Shown here in pieces: positions 35,363-45,863 of a DNA stretch of 64,000 bases. A program made the translations under genes and the position numbers. The stretch's first letter is position 1; each line of letters begins with the position of its first letter. Source of the DNA: an uncultured Nitrososphaerales archaeon (GTDB lineage Archaea > Thermoproteota > Nitrososphaeria > Nitrososphaerales > Nitrososphaeraceae); assembly GCA_963709405.1 (NCBI GenBank), contig CAVPXM010000073.1, positions 1 to 64,000 on the forward strand. The letters run 5' to 3'. A model generated the notes under the pieces. It was not told the DNA's origin, ran no database searches, and was given only the letters and a program-made list of their open reading frames with translations.

Positions 35363-35779
35363 TCATAACACTATATATCGTAATAATCGCTCCTCTACAC
35401 GAGTCAATGCATTAGAAAGTCGTAATAGACCTTTTAGATCCACTGCAATAGGATTTAGAGAACAGGCAACGATGACACTAACAGTATCTGTATGATGTAT
35501 AGTAGTCTTAATGGTAAGGTCGTGAGTTTCTAGCGGTTCAAGAGATATATCTTTACTAACATCATTCGGTTTGAATTCTGGATGATTAGTGGTTATGATA
35601 GTCCAGATATTATCAACCTTGAATCTAAATCGTATATCATGTAAGGCATGTTTGTCTGCTGGTAGGCTATCGATAAATGACAGTGATGACAACGATGACA
35701 CTGAAGAGACCACTGCAAACTCTTGCCTACACACTTTATACCAGAAAGTCAGATACAAGGCGCGCAAAAACCTGATCAC
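35363..35779 (-). pseudogene. Second, partial copy of the candidate replication protein
   Basis: FIDSLPADKHALHDIRFRF...VSKDISL...HHTDTVSVIVACS...RLSNALTRVEERL parallels the 37696-35776 gene. Confidence 0.8.
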
Positions 35780-37696
35780 GTGCGTAACTTTTCATGTATA
35801 GCTCCATCTAACCTCACCCCTGGATACTCTTGACGCTCTTTTCTAATTCTAATTCCATTACCTTCCTTCAGATCCTTCGAGTAAATGCGAAGTAATGCAT
35901 GTTCTCCATCCTCCCATGTCATTTCGAATTTCTCGCCAGCATACTCACTTAAAGAATCTGTACCAAAGTGCCACATCGTTACAATCCAAGAGTTGTGGTT
36001 TGGGATATGAATTTGTGGCAATTGCGGTTGGGGTATTGTGTGTGGGCAGCCTGTTACTAATGCTAATAGCCTTTCCTCTACAGATGTCAGCAGATTTGAC
36101 AAGCGGATAAGACCTTCATGATCTACAACTACTGGTTTCATTGAACAGGCTACGATGACACTGACTGTGTCAGAATGGTGTACAACTGTCTTTGCCTCCA
36201 TATTATACATTTGAATAGGCAATAGAGAAACGTCTTTACTTACTTCATTAGGTGTTGTACTTACTGACATAGGTGACATTATAGCTTACAGACATGGGTT
36301 ACACTTCTGTCGGGAAGTGAATCCATATAGAAATCAGAATAAGGTTTAATCTAATACACGAAAAAGAATGGACTGGTGATACCATATGTAATATTTGTAA
36401 GAGATATGGTGTATCCAGAAAGACTTACTACAAGTGGAATAATAGATACAAGCAGAAAGGGATAGAAGGCCTATCAGATAACTCCAGAAGGCCTCATAAA
36501 ATCAACTACAGGAAGGTAACACCAGAAGTAGAAGAGACTATACTTGATCTACGATTAACTAAGAGATTTGGATGTAATAGGATCAAGTTTCGACTAAAAA
36601 GAATCATTGGAATCTCATTAAGCACCCGAACTATATACAAGATACTAAAGAGACATTGTCTTAATATCCTCATGTGTAAGGCCAAAGCAAGAACTTACAA
36701 ACGGTTTGTCATGAAGCATCCAAATGATATGGTGCAAGTGGATATCCTTGGCCCTTTCTATCTGAGTAATTCCAGTCAAAGGAATTACATCATTAGTTGC
36801 TTAGATGATTGTTCTAGGAAGGTAGCTAGCAAGTGGTCCGAAAGAAAGAGGTCAGTGGATGTTCTTAATGTATTAGAGGACTGGATAATGATTAATGGTA
36901 AGCCTAAGATGATGATGCATGATAACGGTAAACAGTTTACATCCAGAATATTCAGACATTTCCTTATACATAATCAGATAAAAGATAAGCAAATACCAAA
37001 ATCATATCCGCAGTTACAGGGCAAAGTAGAAGCATATAACAAGATTGTAAAGAATGAATTCATAGCATTAGAAGATATACCAAACATAGATGATGGTAAA
37101 CAAAGATACGACATGTTTGTTAAAGCATATAACGAAACCAGAGAACATGGAGGCATAAATGGTCTTACTCCATCGGAGATGTTCCTACAAAGGTTAATTA
37201 CATCCAGTACACATACGAGAACTAAACAGAAAAGGGTAACCCATGTAGGTAATTAAAAATGTAACCTATCCGTGCAAGTACAACAATTAGGTATCAGCTC
37301 TGGATGGGTATGACGTATTGTTGACCAAATTCCTACTGTGTTAAATCTAAGGCGTATGTCGTGTACCGAGTGTCTTTCAGATGGCAAGGTATCGATAAAT
37401 GACACAGATGACAGTTGGGGGACCACCGTACGGTTATCTGTCATTCCAAGCCTAGGTTTAGCAAAGTTAAATCCATTAAGACTGTAAAATGCAGGACCAG
37501 AATAGTATTCTAGTTGCGCGTAACCGTTTCTTACATATTGCGAAATCTTGTTCCTAAACGTTCCGTGTGTCATACTATATTTCTTGCCATCTACTTCAAA
37601 GTCTAAAAAATCGTGATAGCAAAACGGTTTTTTCTCGACTCGTACTATCCTTTGCATATGTACCTTCATTGCATAATCTAACTTTGCCTTAGGCAT
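35776..37696 (-). pseudogene. About 293-aa hypothetical protein, candidate replication initiator, interrupted by IS481
   Basis: Removing the IS and one TSD copy joins HPELIPN to EVSKDVSLL in frame. Confidence 0.8.
36253..37285 (+). mobile_element. IS481-family element, 1033 bp, 6-bp TSD ATTAGG
   Basis: TGTTGTACTT...AAGTACAACA ends; ATTAGG at 36247-36252 and 37286-37291; HTH YGVSRKTYYKW and DDE QVD/HDNGKQF/KVE. Confidence 0.95.
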
Positions 37697-37788
37697 CCCT
37701 TCATCAACCCAGATTGCTGAATACCAGTACGTGTCATTGTCATTGTTAATTTGTAGATTCTAGTCCGACAGCACCTACTATTTGAATT

Positions 37789-38583
37789 TCAGCTAGCTCT
37801 CTTTTTAGCAAGATCAACCTTTGCAGTGAATATGACTTCAGCGACCATCTTATTCTTACTATAGGACAAACTCATATGCCGACGTAGATATTCGAATGAA
37901 ACTTGAAACTCGACATCAAAGGATTTCTCCTCTTGATTATGAGGTAGGCGCGCTTCTTGCTCAGATTCCAGCTCTTTGATCCGTATGTATAACACCGAAT
38001 TATCGAGCTCAAGTTTTTCAATTTTGGTTTCGAGTTCGACTACTTTGGCTTGACTTGAAAATTGCTGGTCTGCACTGGTAAATGAAGTAGATTTTTTTAT
38101 TACATCTTCTAGTTCCTTGCGTACAGGACATGCATCTATGCACAGATTTTCTAGATTTGGAGACCCTTCACAATTTACAACATTATTTGGATTGGCATCT
38201 GAAGTTCCAGCTGGTTCAATTTCCGAATTTCCGTATGTGTCAACTAGCACTCGTGGGGTAGCCTTCTGATCTTCTCGAGAGATCGACAAATTTTCGTTCT
38301 TTTCCTTTTTAGGCCTGGTCTTTTTCTTCCATTCATCTCGACAATATAGTTCTATAACTCGAGTCGTAATGAGTCCTTGCGCTATTTCCTCTCGTAATGT
38401 CCCTTTAATTTCTCTACAGATACTATCGGGCTTTGAAACTATACGCTCGAATGCTTCACCTAATGTTATGATCAGTTGCTCATACTTAATCAGGAAATTT
38501 TTGAATTCTTGTTTGACATTTGCGATTATAGAATCTATATCTGAATTGTTGTGGTCAATGCTGCTTTGTTCATTGGAACTCAA
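37789..38583 (-). CDS. Hypothetical coiled-coil protein of the integrated element
   Basis: 264-aa ORF in an overlapping same-strand gene run. Confidence 0.7.
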   Translation of the reverse strand: MSSNEQSSIDHNNSDIDSIIANVKQEFKNFLIKYEQLIITLGEAFERIVSKPDSICREIKGTLREEIAQGLITTRVIELYCRDEWKKKTRPKKEKNENLSISREDQKATPRVLVDTYGNSEIEPAGTSDANPNNVVNCEGSPNLENLCIDACPVRKELEDVIKKSTSFTSADQQFSSQAKVVELETKIEKLELDNSVLYIRIKELESEQEARLPHNQEEKSFDVEFQVSFEYLRRHMSLSYSKNKMVAEVIFTAKVDLAKKRAS

Positions 38584-38815
38584 TCTTCATACCTCTTGTC
38601 AATTTTGATTTGGCAGCTGCCTTCATCGATGGATTAAATTGCGCCGTTTCGAATTCTAAAGTATCATCTTCATGTGACCTGTCCCAGTACGAATATTGAT
38701 CGTTGAACTCTGCTAAGGCTAGTTTTAGTTCTGCAGTCCCTTTCTGGCTTCGACTGCAATTGATGCAGTTTGATCCCGCGGTTTCAAGTGACTTGTTATT
38801 ACCTACGACTATCAC
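38570..38815 (-). CDS. Small hypothetical protein (CxxC)
   Basis: Overlaps both neighbours. Confidence 0.5.
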   Translation of the reverse strand: MIVVGNNKSLETAGSNCINCSRSQKGTAELKLALAEFNDQYSYWDRSHEDDTLEFETAQFNPSMKAAAKSKLTRGMKIEFQ

Positions 38816-38982
38816 GTTTGCTCGACCTCATGAAACTTAGGTACACAATTACTACAAAGCAATAGAGTAATAATTCCCAGGCTGCCAACTTTTATCGGAA
38901 TGTTATTAGTAGCTTTTTCAAAGCGACCAGTTGCTTCACATATAAGGTTATTAGCATCCGCGTCGGTGTAATTATCGTCCAT
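38812..38982 (-). CDS. 56-aa Zn-ribbon-like protein (not in the ORF track)
   Basis: MDDNYTDADANNLICEATGRFEKATNNIPIKVGSLGIITLLLCSNCVPKFHEVEQT; fills the gap between overlapping genes. Confidence 0.65.
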   Translation of the reverse strand: MDDNYTDADANNLICEATGRFEKATNNIPIKVGSLGIITLLLCSNCVPKFHEVEQT

Positions 38983-39193
38983 GGTTTAATCCACCTATGG
39001 TCGTGGGTTTGCTTGATTGGAGGGTCTCAATTCTACGATCAAGCGAACCAGTATCCTTTTTTGCTTCAAACGTGTACTGCTTTTCAAGTATTCTTAACAA
39101 ATACCTGCTGCGTGATATATCTCCGCGTTCTGAATCAATTTGCCGCATCAGTTCAATAGGTAGTGATAGACCGGTTGGAATTACCTTTTTCAA
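38972..39193 (-). CDS. Ribbon-helix-helix (CopG-like) DNA-binding protein
   Basis: TGLSLPIELMRQIDSERGDISRSRYLLRILE. Confidence 0.8.
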   Translation of the reverse strand: MKKVIPTGLSLPIELMRQIDSERGDISRSRYLLRILEKQYTFEAKKDTGSLDRRIETLQSSKPTTIGGLNHGR

Positions 39194-39243
39194 TACTGTA
39201 ATCTTGTAATACCAATAAATATCGTTTCACGGTAGTACTACCA

Positions 39244-40393
39244 TTGCAATCTAAATATAGAATAGACATCTTCAATACAATAGCAGAGAGTTTACTACAA
39301 TCAGAAACTGATCTTACTTACTCTGCATTATACCAGAGGGTTTTAGCCAACATAGATTGCACCTTGTCCCACAGAGATTTTGTGAGCTGTTTACAAGCTA
39401 TGGTGAATGAACATATAGTAAACAAGGTCGATAAGACTGGCAAGAGAGGTTCAAAAATATATTACTTCCTAAGCGAGAATGCAAGAAGCCAGCACCAATT
39501 ACGAATACTCAAAGTCGATAAGGATTATGAGACTAAGAGAAGTATATATCAAATATTACTTTATTTTCACAGCTTTAAGAGAGGTGAATTACTTACGCAA
39601 AGACAATTGAATAAAAAACTATTTGAATTTGGACTGAGATTTGAAGATTTGCAACAAGTAAACTATGAGCAAGACAAGGTAACCGCTCTAACTGGCAACA
39701 CAAAGTATACAGAAGTTAATGCTTTTACAGAATCCTATTGGGAATATTGCCGTCGTAGAGTATAAGGATAATGAAAATAGTCGCTTTGCAGAGAACAATA
39801 TTGTATATTATCTCTATATACCTGGATTTACTCTAATGGAATTTATAATATATATAAAAAAACTAAGAAGGTTGAGAGAACCACGTCCATTTTCACATTA
39901 TCCACCCCTTGTTCCATATGTCTTTTACAGGAATTTTACTGACACAGAAATAAAAGAAGCCATTGAATTATTTCATAAGGCAAGTTTGATTAAGATTATC
40001 CCTCCAGTCATTGCAGGAGAAACACGGTACTACCTTTCCGATGATTCGTTGATAGGTCTTATAACAATCATAAGACAAATTCAAGAAATAATGGTTTACA
40101 AGGTCATTACCAAACTTACATACATTGAAAAGCCTGATGATAACGACAGACAAATTCTCGGATACTACTTTGGGAAGAAAGCCGCTGATTTTACTATTGC
40201 CAAAGCACATGAAGTTAGAAAAGACTTAAAGAAACCCGATGCGAAGATCGAAAGTAAAAAAATAATGCAGGAATATGATAACAACATAGATAGTCTAATA
40301 AGTAGCCTAGATGAGATTTATGGAAGCAAATTCAAGTCAAGTGAGCTATTGATCGATCTAATTGTTGGTTTTCCAAAGATTGATCGGAATTAG
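39244..40393 (+). CDS. Winged-helix-containing protein, frameshifted near 39720
   Basis: LTYSALYQRV...RDFVSCLQAMVNEHIVNK...KIYYFLS; continues in ORF 39719. Confidence 0.6.
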
Positions 40394-40484
40394 AATAACT
40401 TATGGAATATAGCACGTCATTTATTGTTTTTAAGTAGATCTTCTTATTTATCATTTCATTTCACATTACTCTTAGATGAGATCA

Positions 40485-41261
40485 CTAATTGACATTTTTC
40501 TTTGCTAATGCCTCTGGTTTAACGTGTGCCAGCTTAGGATTATGTTGTATCATTGACATAATCTGATTAAATCGCTGATTAGTCTCATCGCGGATAGTCT
40601 GTATATCATGTTCATATTTTTGCTTCATGGCTTGCATTTCTAGATCCTTTTCAGATAATTTTGCCTCAATGCTCTTACCTCTAGCTTCCAGTGCAGTATA
40701 ATCTAAAAATGTAAGATACTTCATACACTTTGTGAGATATATCTCTCTTCTTTCAGACTCTTTTTTAGTATAATAGACGCTGCCATTATGACCCAAGAAC
40801 CATTCACTATAGTCTCCTCCAACTTCATCAGAAATCACTGTTTTAACAAAGCGTCTTAGCGAATGTAGTGTGATCTTCCTTCGTCTCATTCCTTCTTTCC
40901 TGTCGTCTAAACCAGCAACCTTTAGTACTTTAGTAAATTCTGTTTCTAACTTTATGTACAGAGTCTCGGGCTTTGATTCTACGTTAAATGTATTGAATAT
41001 CAGATCATCGGGATTTAAGCCTCTCTCACGATATTTCCAATCTAGCCATTGCTTAAGATATCGAGTTGTTTCATCTGAAATGTAAATATCTCGTGCAACT
41101 CTTGTTTTAGTATAGTCTGCGCGAATACGTATCATAGTGGGGTTGACCTTAAAATTGATATCCTTTATTCTTATTGCACATCCTTCAACCGCGCGCAGTC
41201 CTCCGGAGGTGAACAAGACCGGTCTGGTAATTCTTTCGAGTCCTTGTGCTATTGTTACCAA
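40485..41261 (-). CDS. Tyrosine recombinase/integrase, N-terminally truncated
   Basis: GLRAVE (R), TKT (K), HSLRR, LGH, VYY catalytic set. Confidence 0.9.
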   Translation of the reverse strand: MVTIAQGLERITRPVLFTSGGLRAVEGCAIRIKDINFKVNPTMIRIRADYTKTRVARDIYISDETTRYLKQWLDWKYRERGLNPDDLIFNTFNVESKPETLYIKLETEFTKVLKVAGLDDRKEGMRRRKITLHSLRRFVKTVISDEVGGDYSEWFLGHNGSVYYTKKESERREIYLTKCMKYLTFLDYTALEARGKSIEAKLSEKDLEMQAMKQKYEHDIQTIRDETNQRFNQIMSMIQHNPKLAHVKPEALAKKNVN

Positions 41262-41347
41262 TACTATCTAAAAACGCTCTTGGTCTTGGATAATCGTCAA
41301 TCTGCATGCGTATCGACTTTAGCAATAAAGCCTTTATGCTTAATTCC

Positions 41348-41374
41348 AAATATAAACTATTTTAGTTTATATTT
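41348..41374. repeat. Perfect 12-bp inverted repeat with 3-nt spacer
   Basis: AAATATAAACTA-TTT-TAGTTTATATTT. Confidence 0.8.
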
Positions 41375-41622
41375 AGTATAAAATATTTCTCAAAGGTTAA
41401 GGGTTGTATTGATTCTCTTAATTGTCTGAATCATAAATCGAATAAGATGAAAGTCTGAATATACAGAAAGATATAAAAATGCATTGAAGTGTACAAAGTC
41501 AAATCATAAACCTTGTATCAGTATCACAGTATCGATATAGGTTATCAATATGTTTCTCTCCTATCTCTAAGTATTTCAAATTCACTTCTACAGCATCTCA
41601 CTCGATCCAAACTTTCTAACGT

Positions 41623-42408
41623 TTACATAGAATTGAGAAATTTATCAATCCTATTTTGTAAATCCATATTAATTTCAGTGATAGATCTATTTCCATTAAT
41701 AGGAATTAGGCCATATTGTTTTCGCATCCTTAGGAATTCCTTAGCTATCATGCCTTGATACCTCAAAAAGGAATCCAACATATCTTCAGATAGACCAAGG
41801 TCGGCGCCTGATTCATAGTAATCCAAGGACAAATTCTTTTGAAATACTCTATGCATTAGTTCATTTGGATGTACATCAAGATAGAATACCAAGTCTGGCC
41901 TAACTGCAAATCCAAACAAATTGTGGGACCATCTTCTGTTTATCCCTCGTACAGCATCTCTCGCCATAAGTGTAAATATGTATCTGTCCGCAAGCACTAT
42001 ATAACCGGAGCGCAATGCAGGTACAATTTTATTTTCAAGTTGATCTGCAACATCTGCAGCGTAAAATAAACTTAATGTCCTTTTTCCCAGAACGAAATTC
42101 CTTTTTGCTTCAAGTATTCCAGCTCCGATGAGCTCTGATCGCCTGAGACCAGTATTTAACACCGCATGACCGTCTGCTTCCAATTTAGATGTAATCATCG
42201 TGATCTGCGTACTTCGTCCTGAGGAGTCAGGCCCTTCGATAACAACCAGGCGGCCTTTCGTTTCTTTATCCTCTAAATACGATATACCTTCTCCATAATA
42301 GGTTAATTGCTTGGGACCTATAGATTTTAAATGAGTAGAATTAATGATGATATGTCTTGTCTTCTGGGGCAAATGTTGTTCCTGCCTTCTCTTGGTTTGT
42401 CTACTCAA
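41623..42408 (-). CDS. Thymidylate-kinase-like protein with variant P-loop (probable polyP kinase subunit)
   Basis: IEGPDSSGRSTQ (Lys to Arg), LADRY. Confidence 0.85.
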   Translation of the reverse strand: MSRQTKRRQEQHLPQKTRHIIINSTHLKSIGPKQLTYYGEGISYLEDKETKGRLVVIEGPDSSGRSTQITMITSKLEADGHAVLNTGLRRSELIGAGILEAKRNFVLGKRTLSLFYAADVADQLENKIVPALRSGYIVLADRYIFTLMARDAVRGINRRWSHNLFGFAVRPDLVFYLDVHPNELMHRVFQKNLSLDYYESGADLGLSEDMLDSFLRYQGMIAKEFLRMRKQYGLIPINGNRSITEINMDLQNRIDKFLNSM

Positions 42409-42409
42409 T

Positions 42410-43141
42410 TCAAGTATTCATCCCTATATTTTTTTGCCCTAATTCTTTCAGTTGAACATGATTAAAGTGATTTCGATGAATTGTGGCCTTTAATTGATTT
42501 CGTACTATTTGTTGTTGTTCTTCTATTCCGGAAGTACCATCTATGATAATAAATCCTTCGCTTTCAATCATGGATTCGTACTGATCAATAATTCTACTTT
42601 GGAAAATCCTATAACTTTCATACGGATCGTTACTTAAATTCATATCCATTCCTGCTTCATAATATTTGAGTTTAGGTCTACCTGTCAATATCCTTTCAAT
42701 TGCAATATCTATAGGTACTCTAAAGTAAAAAGTCAAGTCAGGTTTTCTTGCATAGTCATAAACTTGTCGTATCCACTTAGAGCTACATCCCCTTACAATA
42801 TCTCTCGCATATGCAGTATACACATATCGATCTGCTAAGACAATGTAACCTGCGCGAAGTAGTGGAAAAATATTTCGTTCGTATCTATCAGCAAAATCAG
42901 TTGCATGTAATAGACTAAAAGTTGTTGGCGTCAGTTTACCTTTCTTTTTCCCCTTCGATGTGATTTCTTTGACCATTTCAGAAGAATTCCATTCAGTCAT
43001 AAATACTGGGAGACCTTCAAATCTTAGCCATTTTTCAAGTAAATGAATCTGAGTAGACTTACCAGAACCGTCAATACCTTCAACTACGATAAGCTTACCT
43101 TTAACTTCGAATTTGTTTTGCAATAGCGAATATTTTTTCAT
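42410..43141 (-). CDS. Thymidylate-kinase-like protein with intact P-loop (probable polyP kinase subunit)
   Basis: VEGIDGSGKSTQ, LADRY, LKYYEAGMD. Confidence 0.85.
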   Translation of the reverse strand: MKKYSLLQNKFEVKGKLIVVEGIDGSGKSTQIHLLEKWLRFEGLPVFMTEWNSSEMVKEITSKGKKKGKLTPTTFSLLHATDFADRYERNIFPLLRAGYIVLADRYVYTAYARDIVRGCSSKWIRQVYDYARKPDLTFYFRVPIDIAIERILTGRPKLKYYEAGMDMNLSNDPYESYRIFQSRIIDQYESMIESEGFIIIDGTSGIEEQQQIVRNQLKATIHRNHFNHVQLKELGQKNIGMNT

Positions 43142-43143
43142 AT

Positions 43144-44703
43144 TTACACCTGCCTTTTGTTCTCCCTCATTCTTATGAATGGAATGTTGATATTATGTGA
43201 ATCAGATACTCCAGTCTCGGTGGAAACTGAATAATCAATTGAAATGCCAAATGCATCCTCAATTTTCTTGATTGCATCATCTAACAATATATGTGGGAAA
43301 TGTTGTTTACTTGTTCCTATATCAATATCGACTGTAATCTTCTTTTTACTTAAGTTTTTTACATTAACCTTGCATCTATTCCTTTGTAGTATACTAATAA
43401 TTGTGATACAAGCAGCCACTTTTTCAATAGATTGTTTATTTTGAGGTTGCAGTATGGATTTATATGTTTCAAATAGCCAATTGGCAGTTTTTACTTTTCT
43501 AGTGTGAACTATTGACAGCGCAAGAACCAGCTGCTCGCTATGAGTAAGATGTTTATTATCATCATCAATAATTATATAAAACAGATTGTGTAAGTTTGTA
43601 GTATAGGGTAACTCAGATATTTGCTTTAATGCAATAACAAGTATCTCGTATTCTCTTTCCTTAATCAATCCTGTAGAAAGTAATGACAGCATAAAGTTTT
43701 TTCCAGATCTAGGTAGTTTTTCTAATTGGCAACTAGATTTGATTGAGTTTTGAATCTGATCTAAACGCTTCGAAAATTTCATAGAATTTAGAAATGACAA
43801 AAGAACTCCTTCTCTCAATCCTTGCGAACTGACAATAACCTGGTCAAATCGTAATTTTTGCATCAAAAGATGTATTATACATGAACCTGTCGAGATAGTT
43901 TCTGCTCTATCCTTACCAATTGCCTCAATATTCGCAAGTTCATATGGTGTCATTTTAGAAAATTGCTTAGTAATTAATTCAATTGATTTATTGTCAATAT
44001 GATAATTATGGATTTTATGAAGTGCATATTTACTAACTTCTTGTTCATATCTAGCTATAGCACGCAACGTGCCTCCAACACCAATGAGTGAGGTATCAGG
44101 ACTTAAATTAAGATCTTTTCTGCCTGGCAGATTTTTGATTACATAATTCTCCATCTTTTCATAACCCTTTTTACCAAGTATAGTATATTGGGAATTGGAT
44201 GTTCCGTATTTCTGCGACAATCTTAATACCCCAAATGGTAATGATACAAGTTTCTTGACATTAAAATTTTCTGTGTACACTATTTCTAAACTACCGCCAC
44301 CTAAATCAAAGAAGAGAGATGTCGGAATACAAGTAGAATTTAACGCCCCCATATAAGAGTACAATGCCTCTTCTTCTTCGGATAATACCCTGAATTGAAA
44401 TTCCGTTTCTTCTTTTATCTCTTTAAGAAATTTTTCTCTATTTCCAGCCTCTCTAACTGCACTCGTAGCTACTGGAATCACATGTTCAATCGATTCAAAC
44501 TTAATGATATCGCGAAACATTTTTAAAGCGTCGACTGTTCGTTGAATAGATTTTCTTGCAATATTGCCAGTAGTAACGAGATCATCTCCAGCTTTAACTT
44601 TTATACCCTCTTGAAAGTACGCCTTGTATATGAGGCCCCTTTTTACTTTATAATTCGCTAATTTTATTGAATTATAACCAAGATCTATTACAGATATTTT
44701 CAA
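43144..44703 (-). CDS. ppx: Ppx/GppA exopolyphosphatase
   Basis: VIDLGYNSIKL, ATSAVREA, EEEA, DLGGGSLE, GVGGT, GLREG. Confidence 0.92.
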   Translation of the reverse strand: MKISVIDLGYNSIKLANYKVKRGLIYKAYFQEGIKVKAGDDLVTTGNIARKSIQRTVDALKMFRDIIKFESIEHVIPVATSAVREAGNREKFLKEIKEETEFQFRVLSEEEEALYSYMGALNSTCIPTSLFFDLGGGSLEIVYTENFNVKKLVSLPFGVLRLSQKYGTSNSQYTILGKKGYEKMENYVIKNLPGRKDLNLSPDTSLIGVGGTLRAIARYEQEVSKYALHKIHNYHIDNKSIELITKQFSKMTPYELANIEAIGKDRAETISTGSCIIHLLMQKLRFDQVIVSSQGLREGVLLSFLNSMKFSKRLDQIQNSIKSSCQLEKLPRSGKNFMLSLLSTGLIKEREYEILVIALKQISELPYTTNLHNLFYIIIDDDNKHLTHSEQLVLALSIVHTRKVKTANWLFETYKSILQPQNKQSIEKVAACITIISILQRNRCKVNVKNLSKKKITVDIDIGTSKQHFPHILLDDAIKKIEDAFGISIDYSVSTETGVSDSHNINIPFIRMRENKRQV

Positions 44704-45235
44704 ATCTTAGCCACCGTCCCACATTGGAATAACAATAATAATAATAAAAAGATGTGAGGATCTCTAGCATCTTATAATAAAAATATTTTCTATTGATCTA
44801 GTATTTTAGTTAGTTGTATATAGATCATATAGATCATATTGCATTAAACATTAAAATATTAATAATCCTGTATTCATAAACTTGATTCTGTTTCACATTC
44901 GTACTTGAAATTAATGGAGGTTTAGCTTTGTTCCATTGGATGGATCTAAAAAGAGTTTATCTGTAAAATGACCATTAGTGAAATTGAACATATTCAGGAT
45001 TGAACCCGTGGTACCTTCATTGACCTCTAATATATGTGGAGAAAAGATATCCAGAGGAATCCTAATTTTGTTTAATTAACTCCTTTATGTTATGAGGGTG
45101 TTGTTGTTGAGTTAGTAGTAGTGTTCTGACCAGAGCTGACAACAATAAAAATATCGTTACAATAAATCTGTGCCTCTCCTGCTTCTTGTCATCAATGAGT
45201 GTAAAATTCGCATTCTAATAATATAATAATAATAA

Positions 45236-45703
45236 TCATTTTACAACTAACACAGGACAATGTGCATAAGTTACAATATGTGATGCAACACTTCCAAGTA
45301 ATAGTTTCTTAAATTCTGATCTTCCTCTTGTTCCAATTACAATTAAGTCAAAATTATTTTCTTCAGCATAATCTATTATGCCTCCAGATATATTCATGGT
45401 AGAAATAATTTCTGTTTTTATTTGAACATTTTTTTCATGTGCTTTAAGTTTAACTTTATCCAAATATTTTTCACCATCATTTCTCATTCTTGTCATAAAC
45501 TCTGAATTTTCAGGTGGTCCGAATATATCAACATCAGCACGTATAACATGCAAAGCGTAAAGTTCTGCATTATATTCTTTAGATATAGAGATAGCATAGT
45601 CTGCTGCATCCATTGACGAATCAGAGCCATCTATTGCAACTAACATTCTGGAGAATACTGCTTTTTGAATAGTAGTAGTATCACGTGTTGTTGTATTTGA
45701 CAT
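45236..45703 (-). CDS. uspA: Universal stress protein
   Basis: LVAIDGS, DLIVIGTRGRS..LLLGSVA..AHCPVLVV. Confidence 0.95.
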   Translation of the reverse strand: MSNTTTRDTTTIQKAVFSRMLVAIDGSDSSMDAADYAISISKEYNAELYALHVIRADVDIFGPPENSEFMTRMRNDGEKYLDKVKLKAHEKNVQIKTEIISTMNISGGIIDYAEENNFDLIVIGTRGRSEFKKLLLGSVASHIVTYAHCPVLVVK

Positions 45704-45863
45704 ACATAGGTTATTTGTTATGATCTCTAATTAAATTCATATCATAAAATGATCCTAAAGATGCTCTAGTATTGGATAATAAACAAAAGATTCTTGATAT
45801 GTTGGGCAAACAAAAATAATAATAACAATAATAGTAGCATCGGTAACAATAACTTATTTTGTG

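Noticed and set aside
35130-41620. tRNA attachment site or intact provirus
   Set aside because: No tRNA, att direct repeat, capsid or packaging gene recognised
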